This document shows positions 54,072 to 62,567 of a stretch of 64,000 bases of DNA, in pieces. The notes beneath the pieces were generated by a model, which did no database searches, had not been told where the DNA came from, and saw only the letters and a list, made by a program, of their open reading frames with translations. Made by a program: the position numbers and the translations under genes. Source of the DNA: Pelagomonas calceolata. Taxonomy: Eukaryota. The stretch is from contig CAKKNE010000003.1 of assembly GCA_918797485.1 (NCBI GenBank), positions 2,294,001 through 2,358,000 of the forward strand, given 5' to 3'. Each line of letters opens with the position of its first letter. The stretch's first letter is position 1.

Positions 54072-54459
54072 ACGGCTGCGTTCGACAGCGCGCGCGCTCT
54101 GGCTTGAAGATATAAGATCAGGTACGCTGCGCTGAGGGCCTTTGCCTCAGTTCCTTCGCGTGCGCGTCCGCAATCTCACTCGCGCCGCACTGCTCCAGGA
54201 CAAACTGATTCGTAGTTTGATTACCGCCCACGAACGCGTCGAATCACCGCTGCAGACGTCTGCTGCAGCCTCCCTTCGACGGTGAACGCAGTCTTGCGGG
54301 CCATCTTGTTTGTCGTTGGCAACAAGGCCAAAATTGAGTGCAAAAAGCCTGTCGCGCAATTGCGCCGCAGCGCCGCTGCACCAGCCCTAGCCACAGCGCG
54401 TAGCTGTGCACACTCACTGCCAGCACTCAAAAGCCAAAAAAGCTAGACCGCTTACAACG

Positions 54460-55620
54460 ATGTCGCGCCATGTGCTCGCTTTGGTCCAGGACGAGCAAAC
54501 GCAGCTGCGCCCGTGCGACGACAGCAGATACAAGATGGGCGCCAGCGTCGCGCAAGTGCTCAAGCGGACGAAGCTGTCCGCCGCCGTCGTCGGCGCGGCC
54601 TGCGCGAAGTACCTCCTGTTGATCGCGACGAACGCCTACCTCGTCGCGTTGCGCGCGCGCGGCACGCTGGCGGGCGGCGCCGGGGCGCGGACCTTATCTA
54701 TTCTGGCCGCCGCCGGCCAGGGCCACTCGGACCGCGTCTACCGCACGGACGCGCCGTACTTCGCCGAGGCCAGCGAGGTCTGCGCTGCGAGAGCGGAGCT
54801 CGAACGCGTGTCGGGCGGCCGCGTGCTCGAGGCGTGCACCCTCTACTTGTACGCCGACGACTGCTGCGACGAGGCGGAGCGCCAGCGCATCCTCGGCGCG
54901 TTCCAGCTGCTGGCGCGCTGCGCCTTCGCCCTCCTCAACCGCCTCGAGCGGCAGCTGCAGGTGCCGCTGAGCCGCCTCGACGTCGAGCGCCTCCTCGCGA
55001 TCATGAAGCGCGAGATCATCGTCTCGCGCCGCGACATCATGCCGAAGGCGTTCGAGGCGGGCGGCCCGAAGAAGCCGCTCCTCGTCGTCTGCATGGCGAC
55101 GGCGGTCGACGCGCTCACGGGCCAGGGCCAGGCGTCGCTGCCCGTCCTCCTCGCGTGGATCGCGATGACGACGCCGGAGGAGATCTGCAGCACCTCCCCA
55201 CGGCGGTTCCTCGACTCGGACTTCCACAAGGCGCTCCTCGCCTGCCTCGCCTTCCACTTCGGCTTCGCGCTGCCCACGGACCGGCGCGCGCTCGACATCG
55301 CACGCGCGCAGTACGGCGTCTCCAAGAAGCTGCACGCCGCGACGGAGCGCTACTGGGGCTTCGACGACGACGACGGCTGCTTCGAGGTCTACTACAGCAT
55401 GCTGAAGACGTCCATCCCGAACGTCCCCGAGCCCATCGCCACGCAGCTCCTCTCCGACGCGCACACGAAGGGCCCGCACCGGCTCCTCGACCTCGACTCA
55501 CCCGCGACCGTCAAGCTCATCGGCGAAGCCTACAACCAGGGGTCCCCGTGCGACGCCGTCGAGGTGGCCCACTTCCTGCAGGACCGGACCTCGTACCAGA
55601 CCCCCAAGGTCAAAGTCTAA
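54460..55620 (+). CDS. Hypothetical protein
   Basis: 386-aa ORF with very strong GC3 bias. Confidence 0.65.
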   Translation: MSRHVLALVQDEQTQLRPCDDSRYKMGASVAQVLKRTKLSAAVVGAACAKYLLLIATNAYLVALRARGTLAGGAGARTLSILAAAGQGHSDRVYRTDAPYFAEASEVCAARAELERVSGGRVLEACTLYLYADDCCDEAERQRILGAFQLLARCAFALLNRLERQLQVPLSRLDVERLLAIMKREIIVSRRDIMPKAFEAGGPKKPLLVVCMATAVDALTGQGQASLPVLLAWIAMTTPEEICSTSPRRFLDSDFHKALLACLAFHFGFALPTDRRALDIARAQYGVSKKLHAATERYWGFDDDDGCFEVYYSMLKTSIPNVPEPIATQLLSDAHTKGPHRLLDLDSPATVKLIGEAYNQGSPCDAVEVAHFLQDRTSYQTPKVKV

Positions 55621-55951
55621 GTGACTTGTATGAATTAGCCTACCAGAAGTACATCCGCACTGGATCTCCGCGTCGCCCCAAGCCAGTCCATCGAGGCGAC
55701 GGCGGGAGGGCCACGTCAAGCGGCACCGCCGCGTCGTCGTCTTTTTGTCCGCGAGGGCACCTCTATACCGGGTGCGCGAACTGCGCCACGACGGCAATGA
55801 GCGCGAACAGCGCGATCCCGGGCGCGAGCACCGTCAGACCGAGCTCCGCGTCGACGCGTGTTGTTAAAAGGAGGGAGGCGTGGGGCGCGGGCCTGCTCGC
55901 GCGCGACTGAGTTTTGTAGTCACGATAACTTGTGTTAGTCCACCCGGTAAC

Positions 55952-57052
55952 CTACTTCTTCGCCTTCTTGGCGGCGGGCGGCAGGAGCGCCTCCTCCAGA
56001 CAAGAGGCATGGGCCTCCGCCAAACGCTTCTCGCCCTTCGCGAGGCGCTTCCTCCTTATATCTTTCTGCTCGTCCTTGTCGTAGACCGTGAGCTTGCCCC
56101 GGACGTCGTAGGTCTCGAAGACGCGGTTCCCGCCCAGCACGACGTCGCGCTTGTCCCAGATGAGGCGCACCTCCGAGTCGCCGCGGGGACTTCCAAGAAA
56201 CACTCCGGGCCACTTCGACCGCAGGCGCTTGATGTTCTTCTTCTCCTCCGTGGCGTTCCTAATCGACACGGCCCCGCCTTCGTTGACATAGTGCTCCGCT
56301 AATAATGTAAGACGGTTGCACCGCGCGACGCGCCCATACAGATGAATGTGCTGGCACGTGAAGTCATAATCCTCCTTCAGCGTCAATTCTTCGTCGAATC
56401 TACAGGTCGCCGACGGCTGCGACACGAAGAAGTCGCCCACCACAAAATGTTCGGCCGCGACGGGCGCCATCGCGCAGCCTTGCCCCGCGTTGCCGCACGG
56501 GTACGTGCCTCCCAACTTACTGGAAGTTTGTTTGGACTGGTAGTCGATGTACTGCGCCGCCGCGCCGGGACTCACGGGCTCGATCTGGGCGCTCTTGGCC
56601 CTGACATTGGCTGCTGATAGCGAGCTTGGCTTGGTCCAATTTTTATCTTCTTTACTGGAGACGAAGCTAATGGTCTTGAGATCATCAGATAACTGCACGC
56701 AGGGCTTGTTCAGCTTCTTGGCGAGCTCCAAGCCTTTATTGCGAGAGGCGCAGAGGCCGCCGCCCTCGATGACCTTCGTAGCACCACCTTCTTCATAGGC
56801 CTTCTTGTCGCCCGCAGCCACGATCCACGTCGGGGAGCAGCCTTTGAGGGTGCTCTCCATCTTGACGACGTTGCCCGGTCTTCTAGCGCTGATAATGCAG
56901 AAGAAAAAGTCGGACAGCGGTCGAGCTTCGCCCTTCGTCGCTTTTTTGAGGAGGGCGTCTCCAGCTTTGGTTTCTTCGGCGAACTCTTCCTGGCCGTCCT
57001 TGATGCGTTGTGCAGGTGAACGCGTGTCCTCCTCGCTGTCGCTGGCGGACAT
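55952..57052 (-). CDS. TAGT/JGT/GREB1-like GT-A-fold glycosyltransferase
   Basis: CIISARRP, ASRN, VQLSDDL, RFDEELTLKEDYDFTCQH, NEGG, LRSKWP. Confidence 0.65.
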   Translation of the reverse strand: MSASDSEEDTRSPAQRIKDGQEEFAEETKAGDALLKKATKGEARPLSDFFFCIISARRPGNVVKMESTLKGCSPTWIVAAGDKKAYEEGGATKVIEGGGLCASRNKGLELAKKLNKPCVQLSDDLKTISFVSSKEDKNWTKPSSLSAANVRAKSAQIEPVSPGAAAQYIDYQSKQTSSKLGGTYPCGNAGQGCAMAPVAAEHFVVGDFFVSQPSATCRFDEELTLKEDYDFTCQHIHLYGRVARCNRLTLLAEHYVNEGGAVSIRNATEEKKNIKRLRSKWPGVFLGSPRGDSEVRLIWDKRDVVLGGNRVFETYDVRGKLTVYDKDEQKDIRRKRLAKGEKRLAEAHASCLEEALLPPAAKKAKK

Positions 57053-57553
57053 GGTTGTTTCGTGTGGGTGCGGCGGTTTCGGCTGCAGTGGCGTTTCTTC
57101 GCTTTCTTCGCGGCGCAGTGAGCTCGCGCTGTGGGCACAGCGCTGGGCTACTGGCGTAGTCTGTGCGTGCTTTGGGGCGTCGCTTGTGAGGCGCCGCGCT
57201 CGAGAGGGCGCGAGTTTTTGAGCCGCCTAGTGCGTGTTGCGGTAGCTTTCCGAGCACTGCTGGTAGCCCTTGCGGGCCGAAACGCACGCGCCGCCAAACC
57301 TAGGCAGAACTTTGCAGGCCTGAGCTGCCGGATGACCGTGTTGTTTGGTGCCCAGGCCGTGCGTGCCGTCGGCGTCGTGCGACCATAAACGATGGCCCGA
57401 CACACAGCAAGACGTGATTCAATGACGTATCGAGCGACCTGAGCGGTTGCCGCAGTCGTGAGCATTCCTGGGAGGCTGGGCCCCAACAGTGCCAACACAC
57501 TACTGCTCATCCAGCGCGTCGCGAGCGCGGACGCGACTCGGTAATCAAAAGCG

Positions 57554-59494
57554 ATGCTCGAGCTCTACTTGACATACCTCATCCTCCTGGGCGCGGCCCG
57601 GTTACTCTTCCAGCTCTCGCAGCTCGCCACGGCAATAATCGTCGGCGGCGCTTTAATGGCCTATGTTCATAGGAAGGACCTGGCCTCTGCTTGGCTCAAG
57701 AGTTTCTTTGGGTTAGATGTCCAGATCAAGGGTGAATTAACGTTAGAAGTCGAGTGGCGCGCGGGTGCGAATAACACGCGCCTCGAGCAGCCTTCTACCT
57801 TGACAAAGTTACGATCTATACTAACAACGCTAAGAGCGAGGTATCGTGACGGCGAGAACCCCATCAGCAAGATCACGTGTCGGATTCGAGATGTCCGAGT
57901 GTATGCGCCGCCGCCCTCTCGCCCGAAGACAGAAAAATGTCTACAGGTGGACACGTTAGTATTGCGGTTCCGATGTCCTTCCCGCACCACGATTCCGGAC
58001 GACGGCGATCCTAGAGGAGAGGCTCGAGTCGTCCTGTCTGTGGCGGCGCACAACGTGCACCTTCAAGTCGCGGCCTACGATTTGCAGTTCTCGGACACGT
58101 CGCTGACACGAGTGTTGAGACGTGTCAAGGACACCTTCGTCGCGCGGGGCGGGAAACGCCTTAAAAAGATAAGGAGGAAGGACCCCGTGCACGCGTGCAT
58201 CGTGACGGACAGGTACGGGGAATTTCACGTCCAGCCCTTCACGTCGTCCGACGTAGCTGTCTTTGAATTTGCTGTTGCAAGCCCGGCCTACGCCTGCGTG
58301 CTCTTTGAGCGTACTCCAACGGGATGGCGTAGAACATCAGCCTATGGCCTAGAATATGCGACGAAAGTTATCGAAGCAAGAGCGCTAGGCGACGACTTGG
58401 GCGGCGGGTTGCTCGACGAGTACTCGTCGGATCAGAACGATGTCTCAGTACCAAGGACCAAGCGCTATCTGCGGACGGAGTCCGTCACGATCGCGCGAAT
58501 AAAAGTGACCGCGGCCTACTGCGAGGAGGACGCCGCGACGGGTCTCGTGAAGCGACGACGACCGCTGGGCACGGGCGCCATCGTGCGCCACGTCAGTGCG
58601 GAAGGTTTGGGGACGCGGCTCGGGTTTTTCGCGTGGTTGAATCGGTTAGCTCTCAAATCCTTGGCCTCCACGGGCCTCGACGCGCTGAACAAGGGTGTCC
58701 ATCGGGTCGCTGCTTTGTTACAAGAGGAACCAACCGATGAGGGGGAGTCGAAGCTCTCGTCGGCCAAAGTTGCGTTACGAGGGGCTGCCGATGGGGGCGG
58801 AGCTGTGTTGAGGGGCATTACGCGCGGCGCCAAGGGGGCCGTGACATCTATCGTAAGAGCGGTGCGCGACGGCGACACGATCGAGGTTTTGTCCTACTTC
58901 TGTCGCGTCGCGGATGAATCGATCGGAGGTGTGCTGAAGGGTGCCACCACTTCGTTAGATGGCGTCCACGACGGCCTGGGCGCGGTGCTGGACACGGCGG
59001 CCGCGACGATGACGCGTGTGCCCGTGGCCGGCGACGTCGCCGGCGGTGGCGTGAACGCGGCGAGGCACGTTTTGTCAGCGGCGTTCGGCGCCGTGCGCGG
59101 CGTCGTGTCTGGGGCGTTCCTGGGCTGCCGCGCGTATGTGAGAGGGGTCATCGTGGACCGGGATCCGTTGCGGGCCATGGGCGCGTCCTCGGCACTCTTT
59201 GCTTCTGGATTGGCCGATGGCGCGCGGGATCTGGGCGGCGGGCTCGCGCGGGCGTCGGAGGACGCGCGGCACGGCGTCGGTAGAGCTGGTAGGCGAGCCG
59301 GCGCGGCCTTCGATTGTTTGAGGAGCGCCGGGCCGCCAGACGCGAGTGCGGCGCCGGTGAATGGTCTGAATGGTCCGGACGACGGCGAGGCGGACTTCTC
59401 GTCGTCGGACTCCGACGACACGCCGCGCGTGGACCCGGACGCGTTCCGTCGACGGTTAGCTCGGCACGCGCGGCGCGCCGACGGCCCGAACTAG
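57554..59494 (+). CDS. N-terminally membrane-anchored hypothetical protein with Gly-rich amphipathic C-terminus
   Basis: 646-aa ORF; two N-terminal hydrophobic helices, beta-rich middle, G..G..G helices. Confidence 0.6.
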   Translation: MLELYLTYLILLGAARLLFQLSQLATAIIVGGALMAYVHRKDLASAWLKSFFGLDVQIKGELTLEVEWRAGANNTRLEQPSTLTKLRSILTTLRARYRDGENPISKITCRIRDVRVYAPPPSRPKTEKCLQVDTLVLRFRCPSRTTIPDDGDPRGEARVVLSVAAHNVHLQVAAYDLQFSDTSLTRVLRRVKDTFVARGGKRLKKIRRKDPVHACIVTDRYGEFHVQPFTSSDVAVFEFAVASPAYACVLFERTPTGWRRTSAYGLEYATKVIEARALGDDLGGGLLDEYSSDQNDVSVPRTKRYLRTESVTIARIKVTAAYCEEDAATGLVKRRRPLGTGAIVRHVSAEGLGTRLGFFAWLNRLALKSLASTGLDALNKGVHRVAALLQEEPTDEGESKLSSAKVALRGAADGGGAVLRGITRGAKGAVTSIVRAVRDGDTIEVLSYFCRVADESIGGVLKGATTSLDGVHDGLGAVLDTAAATMTRVPVAGDVAGGGVNAARHVLSAAFGAVRGVVSGAFLGCRAYVRGVIVDRDPLRAMGASSALFASGLADGARDLGGGLARASEDARHGVGRAGRRAGAAFDCLRSAGPPDASAAPVNGLNGPDDGEADFSSSDSDDTPRVDPDAFRRRLARHARRADGPN

Positions 59495-59499
59495 TTTTG

Positions 59500-61158
59500 T
59501 TAAATCTGTGGTCCCTTACTCTTTGGAGCTTTGGCCGCGTTGTTGGCGATGGCCTCTAACACGATCGATGAGCCGCCAGTCTTCCGCCGCTTCTTCAAAG
59601 CAGCTGACACCAGCCCTCTGTGCGACGGCGTCAGGCCGACGTCCTGCAACCCCAGCCATTGTAAGGAAGGAAACTTTGCTGGCGACCGCAATAATCGAGC
59701 GCAGAGACTCAGAGCGTCCGACGAAGGCCCGTCGTCCTTTGTCTGTGGAGCGACCTTCGACGTGATCTTGGCGAGCTTCTGGACGACCTTGGGATTTTTC
59801 TTTGCTGCTCTACGTTTCGCCTCGACGGTCGTCAGGGCGTTGCCTGTGTAATCAACCAGTGAGTTAGGTTATCTGCGTGGACCTTCGTGAGCCTCGACGC
59901 CATCGAGCCGATGCGGCCACGGGGACGACGTCGCGTCGATGGCGTAGAATCTCCACGCCATGGAGCAGATGCAGTTACGGAGACGACGTCGACGGGCGTC
60001 CGAAATTTGATTTCCACACAGGGCGTTGCCCGAGAGGTCCAGTACCTCTATACTAGATTTTGCGGCCTGTTTCAGAAAAGCCTCCCCATCTAGTGGAGTG
60101 AACGCGCAGCTTGCCACGGACAGGGTTTTGAGGTGCGGCGCGTTTTTCAGTGACAAGCGCGCGCCCTGGAGGTCGTTCCGTCTCAGATCCAAGACCGCGC
60201 ACTCCCGCATGAGGTCATTCGCACCCTTCGCCGACAGCAGGTTCTCGCCCACGTCTACGGCCACGTTTGGCAAGCCGGCGTCGCGCCGCGCTTTCAGCGC
60301 CCGCGCTAATGCAACAGCGCCGCCGTCCGAACAGCCCGTGTTCCGCAGATCCAACACTTCGAGTGCTGACGCCGTCCTCACGAAGGCCTTCGCGAGAGCT
60401 ACGATACCGGCGTCGCAGATCCGCGCGTTGCCCCGCAGCGAAAGCCGCTTTAGGGAAGAAGCGTGAGGTGTCAATAAGTCGGCCAGCCCACTAATATCCT
60501 CCAGCCCCAAATGCTCCAATTCCAACACTTCGAGCGTCGCGGTCGCGTTCATTCTCTTAAGCTTCGCCAGGTCACAGTGGCCGCACGCGTCGCGCTTGAC
60601 CCGCAACCGTCGCCCCCCTCGACACAGGGCCCACTCGAGCAACGTTTCAAGACCGCCGTCGTCGATCCTCGCATCGGCTATACCTATCTCCGTCACGACG
60701 CCTTGCCTCGACGCGAGCCTCAACAACGCGGCGCAGCCCTGTTTACCAAGCTTCGCTTCTCTACATAATACACAAAGTATTTCCGTAGGCACCGGCTCCT
60801 CGACCACAACCTCCTCGTCCTCGTCCTCGTCCGCGACCGGTGCCAGCACCGGCTCCTCGCTCAATGCATTAAAAGTGCGCGCGACGGCGCGCTGCGTCTC
60901 CCTAGCTTTCCTCGCTGCCTGCCGCGCGTCCCGTTCCTGGATGCGGCGCGCGGCTTGCGCGTCAAGGGCTCGGACTTGTTGTGCCAGCGTAGAGCCGTCG
61001 GTCGCGGCCGGCACCTCTATTGTTGCTTCTGATAACGTGCCTAGTTTTTCAGCTTGTGGCAGCACTGACAGAATGTAGTCGCGCCCGGCGGGTCCCAGTC
61101 CGCGCGGCTTGGCATCAATCTGTGCAATGCATAGCAGGAGCAGTGCAGCGAGTTGCAT
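59500..61158 (-). CDS. RNI-like leucine-rich-repeat protein with signal peptide; join(complement 60030-61158, 59500-59843)
   Basis: LKRLSLRGN.RICDAG, LEVLDLRNTGCSDGG, IEVLDLSGNAL. Removing GC-AG intron 59844-60029 continues into LQWLGLQDVGL (1473 nt, in frame). Confidence 0.8.
59844..60021 (-). mobile_element. Introner copy 5 (178 bp); GC-AG intron 59844-60029
   Basis: Gene-strand CTGTGTGGAAATCAAA...GGTTGATTACACAG; perfect TSD (plus strand GGCGTTGC) at 59836-59843 and 60022-60029. Confidence 0.92.
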
Positions 61159-61533
61159 CGCACGGCTGTCAGCGATGCAGCAGCGGTCAAAGTGTCACTT
61201 GTAGTGATCGATGCAGTCGTTTGCGATTGCTCAATGCAGTCGTGCGCCTTGCGCGGCCTCCAGCTGTGCATGCAATTGCAAAATGCAGAGGGCCAAGGCT
61301 CGTCGGCAAAATCGAGGATCGGTCCGCGCCACCCGTCGCCACGCGTCGTGGGAGTGGTGCTTTTGATACAGAACCGAGACAACGCGGGCCTCAGAATTAA
61401 GAGCCCCGGCTCGCTCCCGCATCCAACGCGGCCTGCTCTCGTCGCAGCGCAGCCCGTAAAACGCACCGCACAGCCCGGTGCGTGCTCCGACGTTGCCTCC
61501 AGGCAGCCCCCGCGCAAAGAACCCGCAACAACC

Positions 61534-62526
61534 ATGGGTGGCGGCGTGTCCATGCCGGCGGTGCCGGTCTCCGCCTCGACGGAGGCCGCCCTCAAGAAGT
61601 TGTATGAAGAGAAGAAGGCCGCGGGCGAGGAGGACGACGCCATCAACGCCGCGCTCGCCGCTGCCACGCCGGCGGTTATTGTGTTTAATCAGATTGACAT
61701 TGACGGCAGCGGCAGCATCGACACCGGGGAATTGAAGCGCCTGCTCAAGGGCCTCCCTAGAAACAAGCCGACGGACGGCTCGCCCTTCGTCCCCTTCGAG
61801 GAGATGGCGTCGACGCTCGGCGGCGACGATGCCCAGATCTCCTTACTAGAGTGGGTGGATAACCTGGCCAAGTTACCTGGTCTGAAGACGGCCATCGAGT
61901 CGAATTTAGATCCGGCTACGGGCAAACTAGCTACTTACTTATCCCTCGAAGCGCGCCTCGAGAAGCTCGCGGCCGACGTCATGATCCTCGAGATGAACGA
62001 GAACCGGACCGACGAGGAGAACGAAAAGCTCGAGTCGAAGCGCAACGACGTGTCGAAGCTGCGGGCGAAGATCGGCTCCGGGTCGATCAGAGTCTTCGAG
62101 CAGATTGATGCTGATAAGAGTGGCAAGATCGAGCGCGCGGACCTGATGAAGATTCTGGGCGAATTACCCGGAACCCAAGAAGGCGAGTACCTGCGTGGAA
62201 ATCAACCAGTGAGTTAGGTTATACGGAGACGACATCGCGTCGATGGCGTGGGGCGCCCGAAATTTGATTTCCACACAGGCGAGGACAACCTCGACGGCCT
62301 CATCAAGGCGCTCGACGTCGACGGCGACGGCATCATCGACATGGACGAGTGGATCGCGCAGCTCGACAAGATCCCGTTGCTCAAGGCACAGCTCGACCAG
62401 TACATCGACCCGGCCACCGGTCTCATCAACACCGAATTGACGGGCCCGATGAAGCCGCCGACGGCCGAGGCGACGATTCCTCCGGCCGACGCGCCCGCTG
62501 AAGAAGCAGCTCCCGCCGCCGAGTAG
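61534..62526 (+). CDS. EF-hand calcium-binding protein with N-myristoylation motif; join(61534-62182,62279-62526)
   Basis: MGGGVS; DIDGSGSIDTGE, DADKSGKIERAD, DVDGDGIIDMDE; internal duplication of the EW..L.K.P.LK....DPATG unit. Confidence 0.85.
62191..62278 (+). mobile_element. Introner copy 6 (88 bp), reverse orientation relative to host gene; GC-AG intron 62183-62278
   Basis: CTGCGTGGAAATCAAC...TTTGATTTCCACACAG; TSD GCGAGTAC / GCGAGGAC (7/8); the element contains an in-frame TAG at 62215. Confidence 0.92.
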
Positions 62527-62567
62527 AACCCCTGCCCCCTCGCGTCTCTAAACTATCACAGCTTAAT

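Noticed and set aside
55620..55950. Possible small gene between two CDSs
   Set aside because: No convincing start codon or motif
8131..62278. Repeats interpreted as CRISPR, REP or attC-like elements
   Set aside because: Eukaryotic context; copies are dispersed, flanked by TSDs and bounded by splice sites; no array or cas genes
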